Counted from the first letter of the stretch, positions 45,148-54,609 are shown. The stretch: DNA of 56,617 bases from an uncultured Candidatus Saccharibacteria bacterium (GCA_964606285.1 CAZSFP010000002.1:109890-166506); one strand, 5' to 3'. Numbers and translations are program-made. The notes: generated by a model from the sequence alone, not told the origin.

Positions 45148-46038
45148 TTATACCGGAACCTTATCAGGATATATTTTTTCCTGTATTTCTTTCAATTCTG
45201 CATGCCGTTTTGCATCTATTGATGAATTTGCAGAACAAGTATGAAGAGCTCTCAGTGCAGTTTTCAATAATGGTTTAAATAATTCGCGTATGTATTTTTC
45301 TCCTTCTTCATCCAAATGATTTTGGTTTACAGCGCGAAACATTTCCTTTACAGCATGATACATGTCATCATTGGATGATGCATGCATAACACGGGATTGT
45401 AAGTCTTCTATGTGTGTTTGAGATGCTTTTCGCATTCTTTTCATCAGCATTGTATACCACTCGGAGAATGCTTCTGTATTTCCTTTTTGATATATGTCAT
45501 AAAAGAATGGAATTTTTCCAGATACATCTATATATGTTGTATGAACTTCATCTATTGTTTTTAAGGTCTTAAGATGAAGATACCATATTTCCATTACTCT
45601 CTTATGTACTTTTTCACTCTCGATACTGTATTCAGGTAGAAGATGTTTGTAATTAAAATTTATAATTTTTAAAAACGATCCTGCTTCTACAGGTAAATCC
45701 ATCACGAATTTTTCAAAACATAGTCCTTGAAGGGTGTAGAAAAATTCTTGAACGTCTTTCTGATCACCTTCGTTGAATAGTTGATTAAAGTTTGTTTGAT
45801 TTTGATAATCATTGACATAATCCAGTATTTCTTGGATACCATCAAGAGAAAATACTTTTGTTCTTTTGTTGAAAAAATCTGCATATTCTCGAACTTTTTT
45901 CAAACGAGATTCAGCTGCTTGAAGAATTGTACCTTTATCTTTCTCAAGGTTTTTAATCGTAGTACTTTTATTGCCGATGACAATGAGAGCTATAACTAAT
46001 GCAATTATCAAAACTATAATAGTAATGTCAGTCCACAT
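45148..46038 (-). CDS. membrane-anchored hypothetical protein (296 aa)
   Basis: ORF track. N-terminal TM helix. AT-rich relative to its neighbours. Confidence 0.6.
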   Translation of the reverse strand: MWTDITIIVLIIALVIALIVIGNKSTTIKNLEKDKGTILQAAESRLKKVREYADFFNKRTKVFSLDGIQEILDYVNDYQNQTNFNQLFNEGDQKDVQEFFYTLQGLCFEKFVMDLPVEAGSFLKIINFNYKHLLPEYSIESEKVHKRVMEIWYLHLKTLKTIDEVHTTYIDVSGKIPFFYDIYQKGNTEAFSEWYTMLMKRMRKASQTHIEDLQSRVMHASSNDDMYHAVKEMFRAVNQNHLDEEGEKYIRELFKPLLKTALRALHTCSANSSIDAKRHAELKEIQEKIYPDKVPV

Positions 46039-46098
46039 AATTTAGTTGTTTAAGAAGTTTTTCATACAATACCATTATCATTTATAAAAGTCAAAAAG

Positions 46099-46128
46099 AA
46101 AAAATCCTTCCAAATGGAAGGATTTTTT
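46099..46128 (-). terminator. intrinsic terminator
   Basis: AAAAAATCCTTCC-aaat-GGAAGGATTTTTT. It lies 3' of 46143..46790. Confidence 0.75.
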
Positions 46129-46142
46129 CTTTTATATGATGT

Positions 46143-46790
46143 TTATTTATCTTCAATCAGTCCGTAAAAACAGTCTGTTTTACTACTGTATGCAGCCCAA
46201 ACTTTGTCGCCGTAGGAATAGTGCCACCATTCCCGGGGATAATTTATAAATCCTGCTTTTGTCATGGCGTCATACAATATTTCACGATTCTTTTTCTGTT
46301 TGTCCGTGATATGCGGATATGCGGTATGACATGTTTCTCCAAATTCTTTTTGGTCTATTCCCATATCTATCAAATTTCCCTGGAGATCGATAAGTTTTAC
46401 ATCAACAGCTGCTCCGCATTGGTGCGAGCTGCCACCGGGCGGGGCAGTGTACTTGCTCGCCATGGCACGAAATGCAAATGGCTGAAACAGTGCTTTGAAT
46501 GGATATCGGATAGCGAGATGTACAAGACGCCGATACCACATCCTTCTCTGTATTGATCGCGGACGATAGGCAGTGACAACGAGAAGTTTGTATTCTAGAG
46601 GAAGATAACTGGCGGCAATAAAAAGCATGTCCGATACTTGCGTACGAAGATATGGCAATAAATATCTGTTGTCAGACTGGAGGATGATATTTCCTTTTTC
46701 TGGTATCTCAACAAGCGGTTCATTGTTCTCTATGACGCGTACTTTATTGATCGTTTCTATGGAGATTGGTTGTATATCGGGAATTGGCAT
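46143..46790 (-). CDS. M15-family D-alanyl-D-alanine dipeptidase (VanX/DdpX-like)
   Basis: ...GGSSHQCGAAVDVKL... (S-x-H-x-x-G-x-A-x-D zinc site) and ...YPREWWHYSYGD... Confidence 0.8.
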   Translation of the reverse strand: MPIPDIQPISIETINKVRVIENNEPLVEIPEKGNIILQSDNRYLLPYLRTQVSDMLFIAASYLPLEYKLLVVTAYRPRSIQRRMWYRRLVHLAIRYPFKALFQPFAFRAMASKYTAPPGGSSHQCGAAVDVKLIDLQGNLIDMGIDQKEFGETCHTAYPHITDKQKKNREILYDAMTKAGFINYPREWWHYSYGDKVWAAYSSKTDCFYGLIEDK

Positions 46791-46797
46791 TAGAAAA

Positions 46798-46806
46798 AGT
46801 ATAGCA
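46798..46806 (-). promoter_or_regulatory. extended -10 TGcTATACT, 7 nt upstream of ATG 46790
   Basis: Minus strand reads TGCTATACT-ttttcta-ATG. Confidence 0.5.
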
Positions 46807-46817
46807 TTCTTTTAAAT

Positions 46818-46851
46818 CAAAAATCCCACAGGTCGGACCTGTGGGATTTTT
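46818..46851. terminator. bidirectional intrinsic terminator
   Basis: AAAAATCCCACAGGTC-g-GACCTGTGGGATTTTT. It lies 3' of rpsA. Confidence 0.8.
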
Positions 46852-46887
46852 GATTCATACTTTTTACTTTATGAACTTTATAACTTT

Positions 46888-47949
46888 CTACTTACTTTCG
46901 TCTGCCATTGAGAGCGTCATGCGCTGTTCCTTGGCATCAAAGAGAGTGACAGCAAAATTGTATGTCTTGCCCAATTCTAGTTTCTCACGGAGTTTCGCGT
47001 CGCCGCCAAAGAGGGAATTGTGGACGAGTCCAGCAACACCTTCACGGATAGACACGAGTGCACCATGCTTGTTGTATTTGATAACAACACCTTTGATGAC
47101 ATCGCCTTTCTTGAGCTTGTCTTCAAATGATTTCCATGGATTTTCTTTGAGTGCTTTGATAGAAAGAGAAATCTTGTTGTCTTTGATTTCGATGATTTTC
47201 GCTTTGACTTTTTGGCCGAGCTTGAACATCGTTCGTGGATCTTCCACGAGACCCCAGTCGATTTCAGAGATGTGGACGAGTCCTTCGAGGCCGTCTTCAA
47301 CTTTGAGGAAAATGCCAAAGTCAACGATACCTGCGACATCGCATTCGATCTCGTCACCGAGATTGTACTTGCCGACAACTTCTTTGCGATCGCCTTCAGT
47401 TCCTTCTTTTTCTGAGAAGATAAGCTTGCCTTCTTTTGGGAGTGCAGAAATGATCGTGACAGAAAGTTTTTCACCGACGAGTTTCTTCAATTCTTTCAAG
47501 ATCTTGTCCTTGTCAGAATCTTCAACGCGTGGATAGTGTTCCGCTTTCAATTGTGACGCAGGGAGGAAGCCAGCGATGCCGTTCCATTCGAGGATGAGAC
47601 CGCCTTTGTTCGCTTCTTTGACGACGATAGTAACCGGTGTCTTTGATGCGATGAGACTTTCTGCTTCGTTCCAGATGAGTGCTTGTTTTGCTTCCTTCAG
47701 TGATAGTTCCACGTAGCCATCTTCGTTTTCACGATCGACAACTTTCGCTTTGATGACGTCACCGAGGTTTACTTTCTTGATGATGTCTTTTGCGTTGATA
47801 AATTCACGGCCATAAATGATACCTGTTCCAAATGGCTTCAAGTCGACGAAGACTGAAGACTTTTGGATACTGATAACCGGTCCTTCTACTAACTGATCGA
47901 GCTCAGGTCCCATAGGAACCTTGTCGAGGATTGATTGCATATCGTTCAT
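46888..47949 (-). CDS. rpsA: 30S ribosomal protein S1 (short, four S1 domains)
   Basis: 353 aa with four OB/S1 repeats, e.g. GDVIKAKVVDRENEDGYVELSLK, GDEIECDVAGIVDFGIFLKVEDGLEGLVHISE and GDVIKGVVIKYNKHGALVSI. Confidence 0.88.
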   Translation of the reverse strand: MNDMQSILDKVPMGPELDQLVEGPVISIQKSSVFVDLKPFGTGIIYGREFINAKDIIKKVNLGDVIKAKVVDRENEDGYVELSLKEAKQALIWNEAESLIASKTPVTIVVKEANKGGLILEWNGIAGFLPASQLKAEHYPRVEDSDKDKILKELKKLVGEKLSVTIISALPKEGKLIFSEKEGTEGDRKEVVGKYNLGDEIECDVAGIVDFGIFLKVEDGLEGLVHISEIDWGLVEDPRTMFKLGQKVKAKIIEIKDNKISLSIKALKENPWKSFEDKLKKGDVIKGVVIKYNKHGALVSIREGVAGLVHNSLFGGDAKLREKLELGKTYNFAVTLFDAKEQRMTLSMADESK

Positions 47950-48056
47950 AAAAATAAATACCGCCTCGAAGGCGGATCTTGGCTCTTGGGGTTTCGCGCG
48001 GGCAGTTATAATCGGTGCGCAAAGGTTATCCCAAAATCCTTACTTCTAATAGACGG

Positions 48057-48085
48057 AATATAACATAAGGGGTATCATTTTGCAA
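48057..48085 (-). promoter_or_regulatory. candidate rpsA promoter TTGCAA-N17-TATATT with ~100-nt leader
   Basis: Minus strand reads TTGCAA (48085-48080), a 17-nt spacer, TATATT (48062-48057). The leader contains the hairpin CCGCC-ttcga-GGCGG, 12 nt before the ATG. Confidence 0.4.
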
Positions 48086-48089
48086 TAAC

Positions 48090-48118
48090 TTGACTTTATT
48101 TAAATATAATGTATTATG
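48090..48118 (+). promoter_or_regulatory. candidate promoter TTGACT-N17-TATTAT for 48141..49064
   Basis: TTGACT 48090-48095 and TATTAT 48113-48118. The ATG lies 22 nt downstream of the -10 box. Confidence 0.4.
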
Positions 48119-48140
48119 ATAAAAACTGTAATTTTGAAAT

Positions 48141-49064
48141 ATGAAAAAGAAATTCTTATCTCTTACCGAATTTAGAAAAAAACTAAAAAAGCACAAACTT
48201 TCAACAAAAGGAAAATTTCTTGCATTTCGGAAAAAACATCCGCGTTCTGGTTTACACTCAAAACCTACTGAATACTATAATATGAGCTGGGAGAAGATTA
48301 CTAAAAAGAAGAAAAACAAATATCTTCCATTCAATGAATGGTCGGCTGCTGTGAAAAAAGCCGGTGTACAATCCAGTACTCATTATCTTCAGTTTCTTAA
48401 AAAACATAAAGATTGGCCATGGAACCCGACTCGTACATACAAGAAGGATATGCCATCATGGGTAACATTTTTGGGTAAAAAATCCAAAAAATATCCCACA
48501 ACGTATAAAAAATGGCTACAGGAATTAAAAAAGCTCGGAATCCTTTTTTCTACAGAATACAAGAAACTAACCCCAGGAAATCCTAAATTTACATCAAATC
48601 CACATGTGACATACAGAAAACATTGGAAAGGATGGAAACAAGTGTTTCTTGATATGGGCAAGCGAATATATATGAAGAGACTACAAAGGAAACAAGAAAA
48701 GTATATGACATTGCCTGAATTACGGAAATTTGTAAAAAAACATAATTGCAAAAGTTCTGGGCAGTATCAAATACTCCTTGAAAAATTTCAACATCGAAAA
48801 AGGAAAAAATTACCGAGTTCTCCGAGTGTTACATATAAGAAACAATGGGTATCGTTTCCTCATCTTTTTCAGACAGACAGGAAACCATCACAACATAAAA
48901 AACTGTCTCTTGGAGAATTACAAAAAGAAGTAAGAAACCTTGGTTTAAAAAATTTCTGGACAGAATATAAACCAGAGGCAAAGAAACATCTTGATTGGCC
49001 AAGCTATCCTCCACGGCATTACAAAGAACAATGGATTTCATGGGAAAATTTCTTTGGTATTTAA
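48141..49064 (+). CDS. lysine-rich protein made of five tandem ~55-aa repeats (integrase-repeat-like units)
   Basis: The five units end in ...KPTEYYNMSWEKI, ...NPTRTYKKDMPSWVTFLG, ...NPHVTYRKHWKGWKQVFL, ...SPSVTYKKQWVSFPHLF and ...YPPRHYKEQWISWENFFG. Confidence 0.7.
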   Translation: MKKKFLSLTEFRKKLKKHKLSTKGKFLAFRKKHPRSGLHSKPTEYYNMSWEKITKKKKNKYLPFNEWSAAVKKAGVQSSTHYLQFLKKHKDWPWNPTRTYKKDMPSWVTFLGKKSKKYPTTYKKWLQELKKLGILFSTEYKKLTPGNPKFTSNPHVTYRKHWKGWKQVFLDMGKRIYMKRLQRKQEKYMTLPELRKFVKKHNCKSSGQYQILLEKFQHRKRKKLPSSPSVTYKKQWVSFPHLFQTDRKPSQHKKLSLGELQKEVRNLGLKNFWTEYKPEAKKHLDWPSYPPRHYKEQWISWENFFGI

Positions 49065-49086
49065 ACAGGACCATTACAATGATTGT

Positions 49087-49117
49087 AAAAATCCCGCACA
49101 TACTGCGGGATTTTTTT
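49087..49117 (+). terminator. intrinsic terminator
   Basis: AAAAATCCCGCA-catac-TGCGGGATTTTTTT. Confidence 0.8.
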
Positions 49118-49150
49118 ATTTGTACTACGATAGTGTTATTTCTATCCTTT

Positions 49151-49159
49151 TGATAAACT
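49151..49159 (+). promoter_or_regulatory. extended -10 TGaTAAACT, 7 nt upstream of ATG 49167
   Basis: TGATAAACT-gtacgtt-ATG. Confidence 0.45.
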
Positions 49160-49166
49160 GTACGTT

Positions 49167-50342
49167 ATGAATACTCCATATGATGTTATCGTTGTAGGGT
49201 TGGGGGCCATGGGAAGTAGTGCACTTTATCAACTATCACAAAGAAATCTCAAGGTGCTTGGCATTGATCAATTCAATCCTCCGCACTCATTTGGTTCTTC
49301 GCATGGAGATACGAGAATCACCCGCCAAGCTATCGGAGAGGGAAAATCATATGTTCCGCTTGTACTTCGGTCATATGAAATCTTTGAAGAAATAGAAAAG
49401 AAAACCGGCAAGAAATTATTGGAAAAAGTGGGAGGAATTATCTTTGGTAATGCTGAAGCAGAAGCAATTCATGGAAAGAAAAATTTTATTCAAAATACCA
49501 TAGAAGCTGCAGAAAAATATAATATCAAACACACCATACTGTCTGCAGAAGATCTAAAAGAAAAATTCCCACAATTTCTTTTACAAGGGAAAGAAATTGG
49601 ATATTTTGAAGAAAATGCGGGATATCTCAAGCCAGAAGTTTGTATAGAAACACAATTAGAATTAGCAAAGAAAAATGGAGTAGAAATGTTGATGAATACA
49701 AAAGTTATGAGTGTAGATGTTCTTGATGATGGCATAGTCAAAATAACGACAACAGAAGGGGAAATACTTACGAAAAAAATAATACTTTCCCCAGGTTCTT
49801 GGATGAACACTTTTTTTCCAGAATTGAAAGACCTTTTCAAAGTATATCGACAAGTATTGTATTGGTTTGATTGTAGTACTAAATATCAATCTTTTACGGT
49901 AGAAAATAAATTTCCCATTTTTATTTGGGATTTTGGTAATGGTAAAGACGTCTATGGCTTTCCTGCTATAGATGGTAAAGACGGTGGTATAAAAGTTGCT
50001 GGCGAAGAATATTCTGAAGAAGTATCACCGGATACTATAGATAGAGAAGTAACGGAACAAGAATCGCAAAAAATGTATGATACATATATTAAAGATAGAA
50101 TACAGGGAATTAATCCTAAAGTTATAAAATCAAAAGTTTGTATGTATACGGTTACTCCAGATTCAGATTTTATTATAGATTTTCATCCTGTTCATAAACA
50201 AATTATTATTGCATCGCCGTGTTCTGGACATGGCTTCAAACACTCAGGTGGTGTCGGAGAAGTATTGGCAGATTTGGCAACAGACGGTAAAACACGTTTT
50301 GATATTTCTCCTTTTTCAATAAAAAGATTCAATGAACAATAA
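49167..50342 (+). CDS. solA: monomeric sarcosine oxidase / N-methyl-L-tryptophan oxidase family flavoprotein
   Basis: YDVIVVGLGAMGSSALYQL, FGSSHGDTRITRQA, and C-terminal SPCSGHGFKH (the position of the covalently flavinylated Cys in MSOX/MTOX). Confidence 0.8.
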   Translation: MNTPYDVIVVGLGAMGSSALYQLSQRNLKVLGIDQFNPPHSFGSSHGDTRITRQAIGEGKSYVPLVLRSYEIFEEIEKKTGKKLLEKVGGIIFGNAEAEAIHGKKNFIQNTIEAAEKYNIKHTILSAEDLKEKFPQFLLQGKEIGYFEENAGYLKPEVCIETQLELAKKNGVEMLMNTKVMSVDVLDDGIVKITTTEGEILTKKIILSPGSWMNTFFPELKDLFKVYRQVLYWFDCSTKYQSFTVENKFPIFIWDFGNGKDVYGFPAIDGKDGGIKVAGEEYSEEVSPDTIDREVTEQESQKMYDTYIKDRIQGINPKVIKSKVCMYTVTPDSDFIIDFHPVHKQIIIASPCSGHGFKHSGGVGEVLADLATDGKTRFDISPFSIKRFNEQ

Positions 50343-50835
50343 CATTCAATATCCAACAATAGAAAATATTCAAAAAATGACAGTCGTTGCTGAAAAGCTT
50401 TTTGAAACGAATGAAGACGCGACACAGGCAGAACCGACTGTTGAAAATACTTCACAGCTTGTTGCTATAGATAAAAATACTCTTGTTTGTTTTAAAGAGA
50501 ACGACACTGTTATTGCGTGGTCAGTCGTGTTGCCGACATCAAAAGTAAACATGAATAATTTTTTGGCAGGGAAAATGACTGAGAAACAATTATCAGATGA
50601 ATCCAAAAAGAATCGTTTATTTGAAGCACTCTATCTTATGGCTGTTATTACACTTCCAGAATATCGCAGGCGGGGTTTGTCATTCCAGTTGGTTCAATAT
50701 CAGATTGAATATTTTAAATCAGTCTATGGGATTTCTGATTTTTATACGATGCCATTTAGTTTTGAAGGGGAGCAGGTATTGAAAAAACTCGTAGATACTT
50801 TACATATCCCAATCAAGTCATCTATTGTAATTTAA
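50332..50835 (+). CDS. GNAT-family N-acetyltransferase-like protein
   Basis: 167 aa. ...VITLPEYRRRGLSFQLVQ... fits the acetyl-CoA-binding R-x-x-G-x-[GAS] motif. Its start overlaps the solA-like stop. Confidence 0.55.
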   Translation: MNNNIQYPTIENIQKMTVVAEKLFETNEDATQAEPTVENTSQLVAIDKNTLVCFKENDTVIAWSVVLPTSKVNMNNFLAGKMTEKQLSDESKKNRLFEALYLMAVITLPEYRRRGLSFQLVQYQIEYFKSVYGISDFYTMPFSFEGEQVLKKLVDTLHIPIKSSIVI

Positions 50836-50878
50836 TCAACAGAACCTCTTATTTTTCCTTTCCAATCCCTCATTTTCT

Positions 50879-50887
50879 TGCTATACT
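50879..50887 (+). promoter_or_regulatory. extended -10 TGcTATACT, 7 nt upstream of ATG 50895
   Basis: TGCTATACT-ggagact-ATG. Confidence 0.5.
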
Positions 50888-50894
50888 GGAGACT

Positions 50895-51536
50895 ATGATT
50901 ATCAGTTATCTCGGCAAACAGTGCGTCAAATTCTCGCTTGGTGATGTGACTATCGCAGTCAATCCGCCGGCAAAAAACGCACCATCCGGCATCACACTTT
51001 CTCGTTTTGGTGCAGATATCGCATTTGTTTCCGCTCCACATGCAGACTACAACGGTGTTGATCTCCTCTCTCATGGTGACCGTGTTCCATTTATCGTTCG
51101 TGGTCCAGGGGAATACGAGGTCAAAGATATTTTTATCAAAGGTGCAGCAGTACCGACACAGATCGATGGAGAGGATTCTATCGTGACGGTATATCGATTT
51201 TCACTCGACAACATGTCGATCGGTTTTGTCGGCCCGGTTGCTGACAAGAAACTCCCAGCAGAAGCGAAAGCATTGCTCGATGCCGTCGATATTCTCTGTA
51301 TTCCGATCGGCGGCAAGGGGACACTTGCCGCATCTGATGCGTACGAACTCGCGATTGCCTGCGAACCGCACATCATTATCCCGCTTGATTATGGTGCAGA
51401 TCGCGACAAGGGTGCACTTGCGACATTTCTCAAAGAAGCAGGTTCAGAAACGACAGAGCATCTCGACAAATTGACGATCAAGCGCAAAGACATCGAAATG
51501 AAAGAAGCCAGTGTTATCGTGCTTGATCCGCAATAA
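50895..51536 (+). CDS. MBL-fold hydrolase-like protein (UPF0173-like, degenerate metal motif)
   Basis: 213 aa. MIISYLGKQCVKFSLGDVTIAVNP... resembles the N-terminus of Lactamase_B_3/UPF0173 proteins. Only a partial H-x-D motif (SAPHADYNG) is present. Confidence 0.55.
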   Translation: MIISYLGKQCVKFSLGDVTIAVNPPAKNAPSGITLSRFGADIAFVSAPHADYNGVDLLSHGDRVPFIVRGPGEYEVKDIFIKGAAVPTQIDGEDSIVTVYRFSLDNMSIGFVGPVADKKLPAEAKALLDAVDILCIPIGGKGTLAASDAYELAIACEPHIIIPLDYGADRDKGALATFLKEAGSETTEHLDKLTIKRKDIEMKEASVIVLDPQ

Positions 51537-51541
51537 TTGGA

Positions 51542-51580
51542 ATGAATCCCGTTAGAAGTTACGATCACAATGGTATATAA
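51542..51580 (+). CDS. 12-codon mini-ORF MNPVRSYDHNGI (candidate leader peptide, element A)
   Basis: Read by eye. Its first 16 nt, ATGAATCCCGTTAGAA, are identical to the start of the mini-ORF at 54622. Confidence 0.3.
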   Translation: MNPVRSYDHNGI

Positions 51581-51662
51581 TTATATGCAAATAAAAAATA
51601 GTATTAACTTTAATCAAAAGCTAAATGCACGATCAATGATCGTGATCTGCTTCTAACGGGAT
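51546..51662 (+). repeat. long hairpin element A: 13-bp perfect stem closing a 91-nt AT-rich loop
   Basis: ATCCCGTTAGAAG (51546-51558) pairs with CTTCTAACGGGAT (51650-51662). The right arm includes the AT of the ATG at 51661. Confidence 0.8.
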
Positions 51663-51903
51663 GAAAAAATATCTTGAACAACTCCAGACAAAGCCGCATC
51701 ATGTGAAAAAGCGCGTGGTCATTGTCACGACGATTGTGATATCGGGACTCATTGTCATCTTTTGGATGATAACGCTCGGTATAAAATTCTCGTCACCGGC
51801 GCAAAAATCAGAGTTCGAGCGATCAGTCCGGCCGTTCCAGATGATCGGGGAGAGTTTTAAAAACACGTTTCAGTCAGCAAAAACAGATTTCATGAAAAAA
51901 TAA
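51661..51903 (+). CDS. small membrane protein (80 aa) immediately upstream of gyrA
   Basis: ORF track. One TM helix. Its stop lies 1 nt before the gyrA ATG. Confidence 0.55.
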   Translation: MKKYLEQLQTKPHHVKKRVVIVTTIVISGLIVIFWMITLGIKFSSPAQKSEFERSVRPFQMIGESFKNTFQSAKTDFMKK

Positions 51904-51904
51904 T

Positions 51905-54364
51905 ATGGCAAAAGAAAAATCACAAGATCCTATAGAACTTCCAAAGCACGACAAGATTATCGGTATCGATATTGTCGCGGAAATGAAGACATCATACATC
52001 GACTATGCCATGTCGGTTATTACCGATCGTGCGCTTCCGGATGTCCGTGATGGTTTGAAGCCGGTTCACCGTCGTATCCTCTATTCGATGTCCGAAATAG
52101 GCTTGACGTCGAGTGCACGTTTCAAAAAGTCTGCAACCGTGGTCGGTGACGTGCTCGGTAAATATCACCCGCACGGCGACGCGTCCGTCTATGATGCCAT
52201 GGTCAACATGACACAGGATTTCTCTATGCGGTATCCGCTCATCGCAGGACAGGGAAACTTCGGATCCATCGATGGCGACAATGCTGCGGCGATGCGTTAT
52301 ACCGAAGCAAAGATGTCACGTCTTTCGAGCGAGCTCATGCGTGATCTCGAAAAAGAAACGGTCAAATTCCAACCGAACTATGACAATACGCGCAAAGAAC
52401 CGACCGTGCTTCCGACAACACTGCCGAATCTCCTTTTGAACGGTACGCTCGGTATCGCCGTCGGTATGGCGACAAAAATTCCGCCGCACAATTTGGGCGA
52501 AGTCATCGACGCGACACTCCATCTGATCGCAAATCCTGAAGCAACCACAGAAGACCTCGCAGTTCATATGAAAGGACCCGATTTCCCACTCGGTGGTGTT
52601 GTTTATGGTCAGGCAGACATCATGCATGCGTATGCGACCGGTCGCGGTGGTGTTGTCACGCGCGGAGATACTGAAATCGTCGAGACAAAGAACGGCCAGT
52701 TCCAGATCATCATCACCTCCATTCCGTATCAGGTTATCAAGTCAAATCTCATCATTTCCATCGCAGAACTTATCCGTGAGAAAAAAATCGAAGGCATCAA
52801 AGACGTCCGCGACGAATCGACGGACGACATCCGCGTGGTCATCGACATCAAGAGTGGTGCGCATCCCCAGAAAGTACTCAATTATCTTTTCAAACATACG
52901 CAGCTCGAACAAACATTTCACTACAACATGGTCGCGCTCGTTGATGGCGTACCAAAAACATTGTCTCTCAAGTCGATGCTCACTGCATTCATCGCGCACC
53001 GCGTCGACGTCATCCGCCGCCGCAGTGAATTTGATCTTCGTAAAGCCCGTGAACGCGAACATATTCTCCTCGGTTTGAAGAAAGCGCTCGATCACATCGA
53101 TCGCGTCATCACGATCATTCGCGGATCCAAAGACGCTGCACTTGCGAAAATGAACTTGATCAAAGAATTCAAATTCTCTGATCTTCAGGCTGCAGCCATT
53201 CTCGAAATGCGCTTGCAAAAGCTTGCCGGCCTCGAACGCAAAGCAGTCGAACTCGAACTCAAAGAAAAACAGGATTTGATCGCCGAACTCATGGCGCTTC
53301 TCGCGAGCGAGAAAAAAATCAAAGGTGTCATCACTGATGAATTGGGAACCGTCAAAGAAAAATACGCGGATCCTCGTCGAACAAAGGTCGTCAAAGGCGG
53401 CGTCAAAATGATCAATGAAGAAGACTTGATTCCGGAAAAAGAATCCGTCCTTGTCTTTACCGCAGGCGGCTATGTGAAGCGTACTGATCCGTCCGAATAT
53501 CGTAGCCAGAAACGTGGCGGCGTCGGCGTCATCGACCTCGAAACAAAAGAAGAAGACTTCGTGACGATGCTCCTCACGACGAACACGCACAGTGATTTGC
53601 TCTTCTTTACGAACCTCGGCAAGGCGTACCAGATCAAGATGTACGATATTCCAGAAGGCAAGCGTGCAACGAAAGGCAAGTCCATCATGAACTTCCTCTC
53701 GCTCGGTACGGATGAACGCGTGACGTCAATCCTTCCGATGTCCAAAGAAGCAAAGAAAGAAACACCGTACCTCATGCTCGTCACTGCACGTGGCGTGGCA
53801 AAGAAGATGTCGACTGAAAGCTTCAAGGATGTCCGACGGAGCGGCATCATCGCGATCCGTCTCGATGCAGGAGATGAACTCGCATCAGCGCTGCTCGTCG
53901 ACAAAGGCGATGAAATCATGCTTGCGACAAATGGCGGCCAAGCGATCCGTTTCAAAGAATCCGATGTCCGCGAAATGGGCCGCACTGCCGGCGGTGTCAC
54001 TGCGATGAAACTCAAAAAGAATGACATTCTTGTCGGTGTTGACGTCGTCACCAAAAACAAAAAGGACGGATTCTTCCTCACGATGAGCGCCAATGGCCTT
54101 GGAAAGAAGACTAGTCTCGATGAATACAAGATCCAGAAGCGTGCGGGATCCGGCATCAAGACTGCGAAAATTACCGCAAAAACCGGCGATCTCATCGTTG
54201 CTCGTGTCATCAAAAATGAAGAAGAATTGATCGCGATGTCAAAGAAAGGACAGGTGATCCGCACCGATCTCGAGCATGTCTCTGATCTCGGTCGTGACAC
54301 CCAAGGCGTTACCATCATGAAACTCCGTCCAGGTGATACTATTGCATCGTGCACGTGTCTCTAA
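51905..54364 (+). CDS. gyrA: DNA gyrase subunit A
   Basis: 819 aa. ...[20 protein letters not shown]..., ...GKYHPHGD..., ...[10 protein letters not shown]... (catalytic Tyr), and a C-terminal beta-pinwheel repeat region. Confidence 0.97.
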   Translation: MAKEKSQDPIELPKHDKIIGIDIVAEMKTSYIDYAMSVITDRALPDVRDGLKPVHRRILYSMSEIGLTSSARFKKSATVVGDVLGKYHPHGDASVYDAMVNMTQDFSMRYPLIAGQGNFGSIDGDNAAAMRYTEAKMSRLSSELMRDLEKETVKFQPNYDNTRKEPTVLPTTLPNLLLNGTLGIAVGMATKIPPHNLGEVIDATLHLIANPEATTEDLAVHMKGPDFPLGGVVYGQADIMHAYATGRGGVVTRGDTEIVETKNGQFQIIITSIPYQVIKSNLIISIAELIREKKIEGIKDVRDESTDDIRVVIDIKSGAHPQKVLNYLFKHTQLEQTFHYNMVALVDGVPKTLSLKSMLTAFIAHRVDVIRRRSEFDLRKAREREHILLGLKKALDHIDRVITIIRGSKDAALAKMNLIKEFKFSDLQAAAILEMRLQKLAGLERKAVELELKEKQDLIAELMALLASEKKIKGVITDELGTVKEKYADPRRTKVVKGGVKMINEEDLIPEKESVLVFTAGGYVKRTDPSEYRSQKRGGVGVIDLETKEEDFVTMLLTTNTHSDLLFFTNLGKAYQIKMYDIPEGKRATKGKSIMNFLSLGTDERVTSILPMSKEAKKETPYLMLVTARGVAKKMSTESFKDVRRSGIIAIRLDAGDELASALLVDKGDEIMLATNGGQAIRFKESDVREMGRTAGGVTAMKLKKNDILVGVDVVTKNKKDGFFLTMSANGLGKKTSLDEYKIQKRAGSGIKTAKITAKTGDLIVARVIKNEEELIAMSKKGQVIRTDLEHVSDLGRDTQGVTIMKLRPGDTIASCTCL

Positions 54365-54393
54365 CTAGCAAGTAATTTATAGTAAGTAGAAAA

Positions 54394-54429
54394 GCAAAAC
54401 CGCGACTTTTCAGTCGCGGTTTTGCTTTG
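54394..54429 (+). terminator. strong intrinsic terminator after gyrA
   Basis: GCAAAACCGCGACT-tttc-AGTCGCGGTTTTGC (14 bp perfect) followed by TTTG. Confidence 0.85.
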
Positions 54430-54609
54430 TGTATTGTATCTAAATAAATACTGATCCATCCTTTTGAACTATCTTTCGCAGATTGACGAATCGAGAAAGA
54501 GCGAATTTTCAGCAGAAAATTACGCGACAGTTCAATGGATGGGATGAAAGAAAATGTATTTTAAAAAAGAATTAACTATTCACTACTTTCTACTCACTAC
54601 TTACTAGGG

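Noticed and set aside
46885-46895. 11-mer GTAAGTAGAAA shared (on the coding strand) by the 3' end of rpsA and the 3' flank of gyrA (54382-54392), with a related inverted copy at ~54586-54600
   Set aside because: In rpsA it overlaps the last codons and the TAG stop, whereas in gyrA it lies 20 nt after the stop. The sequence is AT-rich and stop-codon-rich, so coincidence or generic multi-frame stop padding is the simpler explanation.
46841-47536. 231-aa plus-strand ORF and a 165-aa minus-strand alternative-frame ORF overlapping rpsA
   Set aside because: The S1-domain repeats identify the real frame. The overlapping ORFs are Ser/Leu/Pro-rich noise.
50832-51074. Cys-rich 80-aa minus-strand ORF that might look like a zinc-ribbon or peptide precursor
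   Set aside because: It is almost entirely antisense to the MBL-fold gene, which has a consensus extended -10 start. It has no promoter or terminator of its own and overlaps the GNAT gene's stop.
52742-54354. Long antisense ORFs (282 aa and 294 aa) inside gyrA
   Set aside because: These are shadow ORFs on the opposite strand of an unmistakable gyrA. Their composition is biased (F/D/R/S-rich), with no promoter or terminator of their own.
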